Positions 15,633 through 25,147 of a DNA stretch of 64,000 nt are shown in pieces (within the stretch, counting starts at the first letter, position 1; every line of letters begins with the position of its first letter). Source of the stretch: an uncultured Candidatus Saccharibacteria bacterium (GTDB lineage Bacteria; Patescibacteriota; Minisyncoccia; Minisyncoccales; JANBVM01); NCBI GenBank assembly GCA_964450805.1, contig CAYVDD010000001.1, forward strand, positions 457,288-521,287. Reading direction: 5' to 3'. The position numbers were made by a program, and so were the translations under genes. The notes under the pieces are model-generated. The model saw only the letters and a list, made by a program, of their open reading frames with translations. It had not been told where the DNA came from and made no database searches.

Positions 15633-16073
15633 ATGAAAGTAATTACTGAGAATAAAAAAGCATATTTTAATTACCAAATCCTGGAGAAATTTGAAGCAGG
15701 CATTTCTTTGACTGGGCAAGAAGTAAAATCAATTAAACTGGGGAGAATTAACCTGGCTGGAGCTTATGTTGTTTTAAAAGATGGAGAGGTGTATTTAGTT
15801 GGAGCCAATATTCCTCCTTATCAACCCAAAAACGCACCGAAAGACTATAATTCTAAAAGACCAAGAAAGCTACTTCTCACTAAAAAAGAAATTAAGTATT
15901 TAATAGGGAAATCAAGACAAAAAGGTTTGACAATGATACCCTTAATAATTTATACTAGGAAAGGTAAAATAAAGCTGGAATTCGGTTTAGCTAAAGGAAA
16001 AAAGAAGTTTGATAAAAGAGAAGCTATTAAAAAAAGAGAAACTCAAAAAGAAATCAAAAGAATATTGGGATAA
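15633..16073 (+). CDS. smpB: SsrA-binding protein SmpB
   Basis: 146 aa with NKKAYFNYQILEKFEAGISLTGQEVKS, the canonical SmpB N-terminus. Confidence 0.95.
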   Translation: MKVITENKKAYFNYQILEKFEAGISLTGQEVKSIKLGRINLAGAYVVLKDGEVYLVGANIPPYQPKNAPKDYNSKRPRKLLLTKKEIKYLIGKSRQKGLTMIPLIIYTRKGKIKLEFGLAKGKKKFDKREAIKKRETQKEIKRILG

Positions 16074-16080
16074 AGTATAA

Positions 16081-16421
16081 GGGGATGTAAAGATTCGACA
16101 GGAATTTGAATAAAAAATGCAAGTCGAGCTTCGAATCTCGTAAATCTTCGAAAACAAAATTAAGTGCCAATAATTTATTTGCACCCGCATTAGCTACTGC
16201 TTAATGCCGTTTACTTTGCTGATTCTCGATAGGCAAAAGTAAGCGTTATATCATCGAGATAGATAGTTTTTTGGAAACTGGGAAAGCTATTAAAAATCAA
16301 CAGAATAAAAGTCAGAAAAATTTTGCCCAGTTTAAATTTTCTGAGTTCAACCAATTGGGCTAAACTTGTAGAATTATTTTAGAATAATTTCTGGACAAGG
16401 GTTCGCCCCCTTCATCTCCAC
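16081..16421 (+). ncRNA. ssrA: tmRNA (SsrA)
   Basis: The 5' end GGGGATGTAAAGATTCGACAGGAATTTG pairs with the 3' end GGGTTCGCCCCCTTCATCTCCA, forming the tRNA-like acceptor and T-arm. The tag reading frame is GCC AAT AAT TTA TTT GCA CCC GCA TTA GCT ACT GCT TAA (16166-16204), giving ANNLFAPALATA*. Confidence 0.9.
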
Positions 16422-16428
16422 TAAAAAA

Positions 16429-16956
16429 TTGATTAAAAAACCATTAGCAAACAATAGAATAAGGGCTCGTGAAGTAAGATTAATTGATGAGACCGGAAAA
16501 CAATTCGGGGTTGTTCCATTGGGGAAAGCTCTTCAGATAGCTCAAGAACGCAATTTAGATTTAGTTCAGGTTACAGATAAAGTTGAGCCACCTGTCTGCA
16601 AGATTACAGATTATGGAAAATATCTTTACCAGCTCCAGAAAAAGGAGAAAAAGGAGAAAAAAACCAGTGAAATAAAAGGGATAAGATTAAGGTTTAATAT
16701 TTCTCCTCATGATTTAGAAATAAGAGCTAATCAGGCAGAAAAATTCTTAAAAAAAGGAAATCTGGTAAAAATAGAAATGCTGCTAAGAGGAAGAGAAAAA
16801 GGGCTTGGTCATTTTGCTAAAGAAAAAATAAATAATTTTGTACAGAATCTAAATGAAAAAATTCCTTTAAAGATTGAAAGTGATTTGAAAAGAACTCCCA
16901 ATAAGTTCCTGATGATTATTTCAAAAGACCAAAAACAAGAGAAAAAAAATACATAA
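16429..16956 (+). CDS. infC: translation initiation factor IF-3 (non-AUG start: TTG 16429 or ATT 16432)
   Basis: Contains NNRIRAREVRLIDETGKQFGVV and the C-terminal IF-3 domain. There is no in-frame ATG or GTG upstream of the conserved N-terminus. Confidence 0.9.
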   Translation: MIKKPLANNRIRAREVRLIDETGKQFGVVPLGKALQIAQERNLDLVQVTDKVEPPVCKITDYGKYLYQLQKKEKKEKKTSEIKGIRLRFNISPHDLEIRANQAEKFLKKGNLVKIEMLLRGREKGLGHFAKEKINNFVQNLNEKIPLKIESDLKRTPNKFLMIISKDQKQEKKNT

Positions 16957-16957
16957 C

Positions 16958-17149
16958 ATGAAAACAAGAAAATCAATAGCAAAACGTTTCAAGATAACAA
17001 AAACTGGCAAGGTTTTAAGAAGAGCAGTTGGTCTTTGCCATTACAGAGCAAAAAAAACAGGCAAGCAAATAAGAAAAAAAAGAAAACTTGTTCCTTTAGC
17101 ACCTGCTGAAGCAAAAAAAATAAAAAAAATTCTTAAATATCAAAGATAA
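16958..17149 (+). CDS. rpmI: 50S ribosomal protein L35
   Basis: 63 aa reading MKTRKSIAKRFKITKTGKVLRR, in the infC-rpmI-rplT order. Confidence 0.9.
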   Translation: MKTRKSIAKRFKITKTGKVLRRAVGLCHYRAKKTGKQIRKKRKLVPLAPAEAKKIKKILKYQR

Positions 17150-17151
17150 TT

Positions 17152-17523
17152 ATGACAAGAGTAAAAAGAGGAAAAACTGCACACAGAAGAAGAAAGCGTG
17201 TTTTAAAACTTGCCAAAGGTTATCGCTGGGGAAGAAAATCAAAATACAGACTGGCAAAAGACGCCCTGTTTCATGCTTGGACTCATGCCTACAAGCACAG
17301 AAGAACTAAAAAAAGAACTTTTAGAGCTTTGTGGCAGACTCAAATCAATGCTTTTGTCCGACAAAAAGGAATTTCATACAGTAAATTTATTCATGCTTTA
17401 AAGAAAAATAAAATTGAAATTGACAGAAAAATCCTATCAGAATTAGCTAGAAAACATCCTAAAATATTTGAGAAAATTCTTGAAAAAGTAATTATTAAAA
17501 AGCCAGTTAAAAAAACCGCCTAA
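17152..17523 (+). CDS. rplT: 50S ribosomal protein L20
   Basis: Reads MTRVKRGKTAHRRRKRVLKLAKGYRWGRK. Confidence 0.95.
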   Translation: MTRVKRGKTAHRRRKRVLKLAKGYRWGRKSKYRLAKDALFHAWTHAYKHRRTKKRTFRALWQTQINAFVRQKGISYSKFIHALKKNKIEIDRKILSELARKHPKIFEKILEKVIIKKPVKKTA

Positions 17524-17536
17524 AAGGCGGTTTTAA
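17512..17536. terminator. bidirectional intrinsic terminator
   Basis: AAAAAA-CCGCC-TAAAA-GGCGG-TTTT sits between the convergent rplT and Nudix genes. The rplT stop codon lies in the loop. Confidence 0.7.
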
Positions 17537-17541
17537 AATAC

Positions 17542-17964
17542 CTATAATTTGCTTTTAATAATGAAATTATTAGCCTTTTTTAAAACTCTTTTAGCATTTT
17601 CAAACGTCAATTGCTCCATGGCTTTGTTATAAGGAAGCCATTTAAAACCAATGTGCTCATCAGAAAGTTTGATTTCTTTTGTCCTGGTTTCAGCTAAGAA
17701 AAATATTACTGTTTTAAAAATTGTTTTACCTTGTTTTTTAAAAAAATAATCTATTTTTTCTTTAAACTCTCCAATAAATCTTAAATCATCAATTCCAGAT
17801 TCTTCTTTGGTCTCTCTTATAATTGTTTGTTTTAATTGTTCATTATTTTCAATCTTGCCTTTAACAAAATCCCAATGCCCAAGCTCATAATGCAAAACAA
17901 GGTAATAAATACTACCTTTGTCTTTTCTAAAAATTACTGCACCAGCTGATTTTTCTGTTGGCAC
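17542..17964 (-). CDS. Nudix hydrolase (Ap4A hydrolase/NUDT2-like)
   Basis: Carries the Nudix box GKIENNEQLKQTIIRETKEESGI. HWDFVKGKIE resembles asymmetric Ap4A hydrolases. Confidence 0.7.
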   Translation of the reverse strand: MPTEKSAGAVIFRKDKGSIYYLVLHYELGHWDFVKGKIENNEQLKQTIIRETKEESGIDDLRFIGEFKEKIDYFFKKQGKTIFKTVIFFLAETRTKEIKLSDEHIGFKWLPYNKAMEQLTFENAKRVLKKANNFIIKSKL

Positions 17965-17965
17965 G

Positions 17966-19690
17966 CTATTTAAAATATTTTAACAATTTACTTAAAGGCT
18001 GAGTGTTTATAATATCTTTTTTCTCTGCCCAGCCCCTACGAGCCTGAGCAACACCAAATTTCATATATTTCATCTGCTCTTTAGAGTGTGCATCTGTACC
18101 AATAATCATTTTTACACCGGATTCTCTGCACCTTCTGATATTTGAATCATTTAAATCCAGTCTAACAGGATTAGCATTTATTTCTAAGACTGTTCCAAAC
18201 TGCTTTGCAGCTTTTAGAATTTTATCAAAATCAATCTTATACCCTTCTCTTTGTTTAAGTAATCTTCCTGTTGGATGAGAAATAATATTAACATATTTGT
18301 TTTTCATTGCTTTTATTAATCTTCTTGTCATTTCAGATTTTCCCATTTTAAAGTTTGAATGAATTCCAGCAATAACATAATCCAGTTTCTTTAAAGCCTC
18401 GTCTTTAATATCAATTGAACCGTCTTTTAAAATATTTGTCTCAGCGCCCTGAAGTATTCTGAAATTTTTCTTAGCAAGTTTTTTATTCAACTTATCAATT
18501 TCTTTTCTCTGTTCTGACAATTCTTTTTCGTTTAGCCCATGCTCAATCCTTAAAAACTTTGTATGGTCTGAAATACCAATATAATCATGACCTAATTCCA
18601 TTGCTTTTTCAGCCATTTCCAAAATAGAATCTCCACCTCCATTCCAGTCTGAATGACAGTGCAAATTTCCTTTAATATCTTTTAACTGAACTAATACAGG
18701 AAGTTTGCCTTTTAAAGCTGCTTCAATTTCTCCTTGATTTTCTCTAATCTCTGGCGGAACCCAGTCCATGCCCAACAACCTATAAATTTCTTTTTCATTT
18801 TCTCCTGCAATTTTTCTTTTTCCTTTAAACAAACCATATTCGTTTAATTTTAATTTTTTACTCATAGCAACTCTTCTTACAGCAATATTGTGCTCTTTTG
18901 AACCAATAAAATACTGTAGGGCTGCTCCATAGCTTTGTTTTGGAACAACCCTAATATCAATATCAAAACCAGTTCTCATTCTTACTGATGCCCTGGTAGT
19001 TCCTTTACTCCAGACTTTTTCAATCCCATTTAAAGAAACAAAAAAATCCATTACTTTTTTAGGTTTTTTAGAAGCCATCAAAATATCAACGTCCCTTATT
19101 GTTTCCCTCATTCTTTTTAAAGAACCAACTATATCAATTTTTTCAACTTCTTTTAATTTTTTTAATTTTTCATAAACCTCTTGAGCTGCTGGTAGAATTT
19201 CTCCTAATAAGAACCTGCCTTTTTCTTTTTTAAGAAACTCAATGCCTTGTAAAATATTTTTCTCTGTTTTTTCTCCAAAACCAAAAAGAGACGCAATTTT
19301 ATGTGCCTTAGCTGCTTTTTCTAATTGTTTAACATTTTTAATTCCCAGTTTCTGGTATAAAGTTTTGATTCTTTTAGGACCTAATCCTTCAACAGCAGTT
19401 AAAGCACTCAAATCAACTGGAGATCTTTTTTTAAGCTTCTCATATTCTTTAATCTTTCCAGTTTTCAAATATTCCTCAATTTTTAAAGCAATATTCTTAC
19501 CTACACCAGATATTTTCTCAAGACCTTTTAATCCTTCTTTAAAATAAATCTCAGAAACATCTCTTTCTAAATTCTCCAATGCTAAAGCAACTCTCTGATA
19601 AGCATAGGGTTTAAAAGGAACTTCTTCCATTTCTAAATATTCTGAAATTTCGTAAAATATTTTAGCAATTTCTTGGTTTTTCATAACCAA
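17966..19690 (-). CDS. polX: DNA polymerase X family protein with C-terminal PHP domain
   Basis: 574 aa with an N-terminal HhH/8-kDa region (NQEIAKIFYEISEYLEME), the palm segment RDVDIL, and a PHP region (LHCHSDWNGG...GTDAHS). Confidence 0.85.
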   Translation of the reverse strand: MVMKNQEIAKIFYEISEYLEMEEVPFKPYAYQRVALALENLERDVSEIYFKEGLKGLEKISGVGKNIALKIEEYLKTGKIKEYEKLKKRSPVDLSALTAVEGLGPKRIKTLYQKLGIKNVKQLEKAAKAHKIASLFGFGEKTEKNILQGIEFLKKEKGRFLLGEILPAAQEVYEKLKKLKEVEKIDIVGSLKRMRETIRDVDILMASKKPKKVMDFFVSLNGIEKVWSKGTTRASVRMRTGFDIDIRVVPKQSYGAALQYFIGSKEHNIAVRRVAMSKKLKLNEYGLFKGKRKIAGENEKEIYRLLGMDWVPPEIRENQGEIEAALKGKLPVLVQLKDIKGNLHCHSDWNGGGDSILEMAEKAMELGHDYIGISDHTKFLRIEHGLNEKELSEQRKEIDKLNKKLAKKNFRILQGAETNILKDGSIDIKDEALKKLDYVIAGIHSNFKMGKSEMTRRLIKAMKNKYVNIISHPTGRLLKQREGYKIDFDKILKAAKQFGTVLEINANPVRLDLNDSNIRRCRESGVKMIIGTDAHSKEQMKYMKFGVAQARRGWAEKKDIINTQPLSKLLKYFK

Positions 19691-19699
19691 TAAAGAATC

Positions 19700-20359
19700 T
19701 TAAAATGGCAGCCTGGAACGGGGAACTCTTGGAAGGGTTTTATCGTGAGGAACTACTTCTTTGCGGATTAAAAGAAGCAACAGGGCTGAAACAAAAGTAA
19801 AAGCGCTTACAAAAATAAAAACAATTTTAAAGCCGAATATTGCAACTAAAATTCCACCAGTAGCACCTGCAATTCCTGAACCAAAACCCAGTCCAGTACT
19901 CCTTAATCCCCACTCATATGCCTCCTCACCCTTATCAATATGTCTTGTAAACACAGCTGACCAAGAAGGTATTACCATAGCCATAGCAATAGCTTGAACA
20001 CATTGAGCAATATAGATATGCAAGGCTTCGGATGAAACCATAAATATGAAAGGAACAAAAGCGCTTAAAAAGGTTCCAAAAAACATAAACCAAAAATCAT
20101 CCTGCTCACCATGGTTCTTATCTAAATACCTGCCAATTGGAATTTGCAAGATTGATTTTAATACCCAATAAGTTAAAGAAGCAAAACCAGCCACCTGGGC
20201 AGCATGAGCAATACTGTCAACTGCAATGTTTTGAACAATAAATATTGCAAAAACAGGCCCAATAAATCCCCAACCAGTAGCCATTATAAGATCACTTGTT
20301 ATTAAAACTCTGATGATTTTATTTATAGGTTTTGGCATATTGTTTATTATACAGCTCAA
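19700..20359 (-). CDS. six-TM MFS-like half-transporter
   Basis: 219 aa with about 6 hydrophobic helices and an IPIGRYLDK loop resembling MFS motif A. Confidence 0.45.
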   Translation of the reverse strand: MSCIINNMPKPINKIIRVLITSDLIMATGWGFIGPVFAIFIVQNIAVDSIAHAAQVAGFASLTYWVLKSILQIPIGRYLDKNHGEQDDFWFMFFGTFLSAFVPFIFMVSSEALHIYIAQCVQAIAMAMVIPSWSAVFTRHIDKGEEAYEWGLRSTGLGFGSGIAGATGGILVAIFGFKIVFIFVSAFTFVSALLLLLIRKEVVPHDKTLPRVPRSRLPF

Positions 20360-20360
20360 T

Positions 20361-21389
20361 TTAAAAACTGTCTCTATTAATAATATTTTTTAATTTTTCA
20401 ATTTTTTTCAAAAACAGATTTTTTATAAACATTACTCCTGTCTTCAATATAATCACAAGCCCTGCTAATGCAAATAACAATTCAGCTGCCCTAATAATCA
20501 TAGTAAAAGCAGTAGCAGCAGAAACATTCAACCCTAAAGAATTAAAAGCAAAGGATTGTATTGCCTCATGAGAACCTAAGGCAGTTGGAATTGGAATCAT
20601 TGCTGCCAGATATGTAAAACCTAAAATAGATAATGATGATAAAAATTCAATGTTTTTTCCTAAAAAAAGAATCAAAACCCAAGCCCTTAAACACATTACT
20701 CCTGCCCGTAAGAATGAAATTGCAAAGCTTTTTTTTATGGATCTATTTTCCCATTTAAAGAAATCAAAAATCTCCTTTTCAGCTTCAAAAAGAAGATTAT
20801 TCTGATTGTATTCTTTAAAACCAGTAATTTTAAAAAGAAATTTAACAATGCTTTCTTTTTTTGAAACTTTAAAATAGAAGTATGCAATTGCTAAAAAGAA
20901 AGACAAGAATACACCGCCAAAAATCATTGACAAGTTTTTAGAAGGCAGACCTATTTTATAAAGAAAATAAAAGCTTCCCAAAACAATTACTATTAAGTTA
21001 ATTGTCCACTCTAAGATTCTGTCAATAAAAACAGAAGCCATTATTTTTGACCAAGCAACTTTGTTTTTTCTTCTTATCACATAGCCTCTTAAAATCTCTC
21101 CAGCCCAGACAAGTACAGGAGCTAAAAACATTACAGAAAAACCGGCTAAAAACGCTTTAAAAAGTTCGAAAAATGAAATCTTGACGTTTTGGGCTTTTAA
21201 GATTTCCTGCCATTTTCTATTACCAATAAGCAGTACAAGAAGTGTTAAAGAAAAAATAATTATACCGTGAATACCAGTAAAAAGTAGAAAAGCAGAACTT
21301 ATCTCACTCCAGCCAACAGTTTTTCCAATCCATAAAAAGATTCCAATTCCAATAAAAAGAGAAATTAAAAAAAGAAATAGTTTTTTCAT
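20361..21389 (-). CDS. polytopic membrane protein, LPG-synthase-TM/UPF0104 (flippase-like) family
   Basis: 342 aa with about 8 TM helices and an N-terminal pattern typical of PF03706-type proteins. Confidence 0.45.
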   Translation of the reverse strand: MKKLFLFLISLFIGIGIFLWIGKTVGWSEISSAFLLFTGIHGIIIFSLTLLVLLIGNRKWQEILKAQNVKISFFELFKAFLAGFSVMFLAPVLVWAGEILRGYVIRRKNKVAWSKIMASVFIDRILEWTINLIVIVLGSFYFLYKIGLPSKNLSMIFGGVFLSFFLAIAYFYFKVSKKESIVKFLFKITGFKEYNQNNLLFEAEKEIFDFFKWENRSIKKSFAISFLRAGVMCLRAWVLILFLGKNIEFLSSLSILGFTYLAAMIPIPTALGSHEAIQSFAFNSLGLNVSAATAFTMIIRAAELLFALAGLVIILKTGVMFIKNLFLKKIEKLKNIINRDSF

Positions 21390-21422
21390 TATTATGAATT
21401 ATATCAGAAACATTGTTTGTTT

Positions 21423-22403
21423 TTAAAATTTTTCAATACTCACCCCTTTAGCTGGGATTTTCGCACTAATAATTTCTCCTCCAGCTTTTTGAATTGCCTC
21501 TCTAAGCTTATTTAAATTATTTTTATCAACTATCGCAATCATACAGTCACCGCCACCAGCTCCTGATAGTTTAGCACCATAAGCGCCAGCATCTAAACAT
21601 GTTTTTATTAAATTCTCTAATTCTTCAGAGCTTACATCCAGTTCTCTTAATAATTCCTGGTTTTTATTCATAAGTTTTCCAATCTCTCTCCAGTTTTTAT
21701 TTTTCATTTGAATTTCTGTCAAATTAACAATATCTTCAATCTCATTGAAAATATTATTAATTCTCTTAGGCTCCTGTTTTAATTTTTCAGCTACCATTTT
21801 CACTAAAGTTGGTGTATCTGCTTTTATTCCTGTATAACCAACAGCTAAAGGGATTTCTTTAATATCAATAAGTTTAATAATTTCCCCTCCTGTTTTAAAA
21901 AACAAGACACCACCATAAACCGCAGCTGCCACATCAAAACCAGAGCCCAATCCCTGAACATCTAAAACAGTTTTATATGAAAGGTTGAAGATTTCTTTTT
22001 CATTTATTTTTATTTTGAACAATTCTGATAGTCCTTTGATAGCTGCCACAACAACAGCAGAAGAACTACCCAGACCAATCTTATCTGAAAATTCACTTTT
22101 AGTTTTAATATCTAAACCAGATTTTACATTGTATTTTTTAAAAAAGTTCTTTATAGCAGCTAAAATAAAGCTCACCTTTTTAAGATGAGTTTTTTCTAAA
22201 TTAGATATATTTTCATTCTCAATATTGAGCTCTGGTGCAGTTAGAATAAGGTTGTTGTCATTTCTTTTTTCAATGAAAACACTGATTCTATGTTCAACAG
22301 AAGCCACAATACATGGCCTATTATAAATAACAGCGTGTTCGCCAAATAACATTAGTTTTCCTGGCGCTGAAGTTTTAATCATTTTAAAATAAATGTTTTT
22401 CAA
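21423..22403 (-). CDS. GHMP kinase, probable phosphomevalonate kinase
   Basis: Contains APGKLMLFGEHAV, GLGSSSA, GLGSGFDVAAAVYGG (a PMK-like motif) and KLSGAGGGDC. It occupies the third position of an mvk-mvaD-pmk operon. Confidence 0.6.
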   Translation of the reverse strand: MKNIYFKMIKTSAPGKLMLFGEHAVIYNRPCIVASVEHRISVFIEKRNDNNLILTAPELNIENENISNLEKTHLKKVSFILAAIKNFFKKYNVKSGLDIKTKSEFSDKIGLGSSSAVVVAAIKGLSELFKIKINEKEIFNLSYKTVLDVQGLGSGFDVAAAVYGGVLFFKTGGEIIKLIDIKEIPLAVGYTGIKADTPTLVKMVAEKLKQEPKRINNIFNEIEDIVNLTEIQMKNKNWREIGKLMNKNQELLRELDVSSEELENLIKTCLDAGAYGAKLSGAGGGDCMIAIVDKNNLNKLREAIQKAGGEIISAKIPAKGVSIEKF

Positions 22404-23376
22404 TCAATCCTGAACCTTGTCCGGGTTTACAAACAATAACTTGTTTGACACCATCAAGAGATTGTAATCTTTTCTCAAGCTCTTTAGATTGATCTTCTAA
22501 ACAGATAACCTTAACCTGAGGACCAGCATCTATAGTGAAATAACACTTCAAACCTTGTTCTCTCCATTCTAATACTGAGTGTATTATTTCCAATGTTGCT
22601 GGTTGCCAATAAATTATTGAAGGGTTTGTTGTAATCATTGTTGAGTGCATTTTTAAACAATTCATTTCAGCTGTGCTTCCAACCAAATCAATATCTTTTT
22701 TAAGAATGCCTTGTCTTATATTATTCAAATCTCTTTCTATTGTATCAAGCCAGGCTTTATACATTGGAGAAGTTTCAATGGTTTTGGCCATACCAACACG
22801 ACTGGAAATTTTCTTGGCTCTAGTTGAAACAACAGTGACAATTATTCGGAATTCTGGCCAATGATTAGGAAAAGCAATTTGTTGAGCATAACTGTCAGTC
22901 CCGTCTTGCTTTTCTCCTTTAGTCCATTCCACAAATCCGCCTAAACAGCTTCTTGTAGAAGAGCCGCTTCCCTGGCGGGAAACAATAGACAATTCTTTTA
23001 CATCTAAATTCATTCCAAGCGCTTTTGTTGTAGCAAGGGTTAGGGCTGCAAATCCTGAAGCTGAACTTGCCAGTCCTGCTGCTCTTGGAAAGTTGTTTTC
23101 GCTGACAATTTTTGCTTTTTTATTAATTCCTGCTATTTTTCTAATCAAATCCAGATGTTGGATCAACTTTTCCAATTCTTTCCCTTTTTTAATTTCTTGA
23201 TTGTCTAGAATAAAAATATCCTGATCATATCCATTAAACTCAACAGTTGTAGTGGTGCTTAATTTATCCAAAGTTAAAGAAATAGAACCGTTATAAGGTA
23301 AAAATAAGTCTGGATCTCTTTTGCCCCAGTATTTTACAAGAGCAATATTTGCATTAGCTATAGCTGTTTTTTTCAT
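22384..23376 (-). CDS. mvaD: diphosphomevalonate decarboxylase
   Basis: Contains ANIALVKYWGKRD and AGLASSASGFAAL. Confidence 0.85.
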   Translation of the reverse strand: MKKTAIANANIALVKYWGKRDPDLFLPYNGSISLTLDKLSTTTTVEFNGYDQDIFILDNQEIKKGKELEKLIQHLDLIRKIAGINKKAKIVSENNFPRAAGLASSASGFAALTLATTKALGMNLDVKELSIVSRQGSGSSTRSCLGGFVEWTKGEKQDGTDSYAQQIAFPNHWPEFRIIVTVVSTRAKKISSRVGMAKTIETSPMYKAWLDTIERDLNNIRQGILKKDIDLVGSTAEMNCLKMHSTMITTNPSIIYWQPATLEIIHSVLEWREQGLKCYFTIDAGPQVKVICLEDQSKELEKRLQSLDGVKQVIVCKPGQGSGLIEKHLF

Positions 23377-24386
23377 ATAATTTTAACTCCTTTTACTCCA
23401 ATTTTTGCCTGAAAAGAGCTGAAGCCATTATTATTAAAAATATTTTTTAAGTTAAACATGTTTTCTTTATCTTTTGTCAAAACTAAACAACATCCCCCTC
23501 CCCATGCTCCAGTCGGCTTAGCACCAAGAGCTTTATTCTTTAAAGCAATGTTAATGATTTTATCTAATTTTGGAGTTGAGATGTTTAAATTTTTTAATTC
23601 CTTATAATATGCTGTCATTAAGATTCCTAAATCATCAAGCTTTTTTAAATTTAAGACTTTTAATGCTCTTTTAGAAATATTGTCTAAATTATTTAAAACA
23701 GAATTTACAAATTCAGGGTTTTCTTTTTTTTGATTCCTTACATAAGAAACCAATTCTCCGGTTTTAACTTTCTCTCCACTATCAACTACTAATAAAGGAA
23801 TTTTAAAATCAATTATTAAAGGATTAATGCCTTTTGACTTTTGATATTCCACATAGCCGCCGTAAACAACAGTGCTATTATCTATCCCAGAAGGAGTTCC
23901 TCCATGAGCTACAATATCGCCCTGATAAGCAAAATCAGAAACTTCTTTTTTAGAAGCATCTTTGTTTAGAAATTTTAAAACCCCAAAAGCTATTGCAGAA
24001 AAAAGAGATGAACTTGAACCCAAGTTTTTAGGAACGCTTGAATCAACTTCTATTTTTAACGGCCTAAATCCATATCTTTTAAAAATATTAGCAACAACAA
24101 AAAAACTAGAGATTAAATCATTTTGTTTTGCAATCTTTGTTATATCCTCAAACCTATTTTGTTCTTTAAGATTATTAATCCTGTCATACAAAGAAAACAA
24201 GGCCTTTTCTTCCAAAAACCCGCTCAAATTAAGATTTTTTGAGTTTATAAAAACAGCCTTCTTTAAAGAAGGAAGAACTTTTAATTCACATCTTTTATCA
24301 ATAGCACAAGCAATGCCTAATTTATCGTAAACAACTGCGTGTTCGCCAAATAGAATGATTTTACCAGGAGAAGAAACATTTATCAT
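23373..24386 (-). CDS. mvk: mevalonate kinase
   Basis: Contains SPGKIILFGEHAVVY, NLGSSSS, HGGTPSGIDNSTVVYGG and GAKPTGAWGGGC. Confidence 0.75.
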   Translation of the reverse strand: MINVSSPGKIILFGEHAVVYDKLGIACAIDKRCELKVLPSLKKAVFINSKNLNLSGFLEEKALFSLYDRINNLKEQNRFEDITKIAKQNDLISSFFVVANIFKRYGFRPLKIEVDSSVPKNLGSSSSLFSAIAFGVLKFLNKDASKKEVSDFAYQGDIVAHGGTPSGIDNSTVVYGGYVEYQKSKGINPLIIDFKIPLLVVDSGEKVKTGELVSYVRNQKKENPEFVNSVLNNLDNISKRALKVLNLKKLDDLGILMTAYYKELKNLNISTPKLDKIINIALKNKALGAKPTGAWGGGCCLVLTKDKENMFNLKNIFNNNGFSSFQAKIGVKGVKII

Positions 24387-24387
24387 T

Positions 24388-25140
24388 CTAAAGTTTTAAC
24401 ACAAATTTTTCTTTAAGAAAAGACTCTACTTCTGGGGCAACTTCATCCCAATTATAATAATGGTTTTGAATTTTTAAAGCATTCCCAAAAGCAAGTTCCT
24501 TGCCTGAAATTTTTGCCAGACTCCATCTAAAAGGAGCTTTAATTAAAGAGGAAAGCAGTATCCCTAAATCCATATTAGAAAGCGAATCCTGACCATTATT
24601 GTCTAATAAAAGAACATTATCAGAATCCAAAACAGTTTCCCAGAATGGCGTACCAATCTCAATAGCAAAAACATTGCTTTTTTTGTCTTTTGGTATTTCT
24701 TTTATTACCCTATTCACAAAAGTTGCTCCATTAGACAAACCCACTACAATCACTTTATTTTTAGGGTTGTTTTCAATAAAATATTCCATTTCAGAAGCTA
24801 ATTTTTGTGATTGTTTCTTAAAAGAAGTTAAGACTTCTTTTACTCCTTCAATTATTCCAAGAAAATTCTCCTTAGTCCTGTTGTAAGGAGCAATCACTGA
24901 GCTGTAACCTAACTCATTTAATGTATGTTGAATCCCTTCAATAATTGGCCTGAGGTCATCAGCTTTTTCAAAAGGAGTATTACCCCAGCCACCAGAGTTA
25001 AATACAATAACTATATTGTTTTCTGAAACTGAATTTAAAACAGTTGTAAATCTTGAATTATCAGGGACTTCTCCCAATAGAAAAAACAATCCTATTAAAA
25101 GGACTATAAAAGTAATTAATTTTTTATTTTTTTTGTTCAT
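24388..25140 (-). CDS. membrane-anchored putative alpha/beta hydrolase (GxSxG)
   Basis: 250 aa with an N-terminal TM helix and a VVGLSNGA nucleophile-elbow-like motif. Confidence 0.35.
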   Translation of the reverse strand: MNKKNKKLITFIVLLIGLFFLLGEVPDNSRFTTVLNSVSENNIVIVFNSGGWGNTPFEKADDLRPIIEGIQHTLNELGYSSVIAPYNRTKENFLGIIEGVKEVLTSFKKQSQKLASEMEYFIENNPKNKVIVVGLSNGATFVNRVIKEIPKDKKSNVFAIEIGTPFWETVLDSDNVLLLDNNGQDSLSNMDLGILLSSLIKAPFRWSLAKISGKELAFGNALKIQNHYYNWDEVAPEVESFLKEKFVLKL

Positions 25141-25147
25141 TGGTTAT

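Noticed and set aside
15594-15719. 42-codon N-terminal extension of the HMG-CoA reductase ORF
   Set aside because: The extension overlaps the smpB start on the opposite strand and encodes an implausible Cys/Phe-rich peptide. The conserved enzyme begins after the internal Met at 15593.
21423-24386. Two mevalonate-kinase paralogues indicating an alternative (archaeal-type) mevalonate pathway
   Set aside because: The third gene carries the PMK-like GSGFDVAAAVYGG motif, and the order mvk-mvaD-pmk equals the classical Gram-positive operon. No isopentenyl-phosphate kinase is seen.
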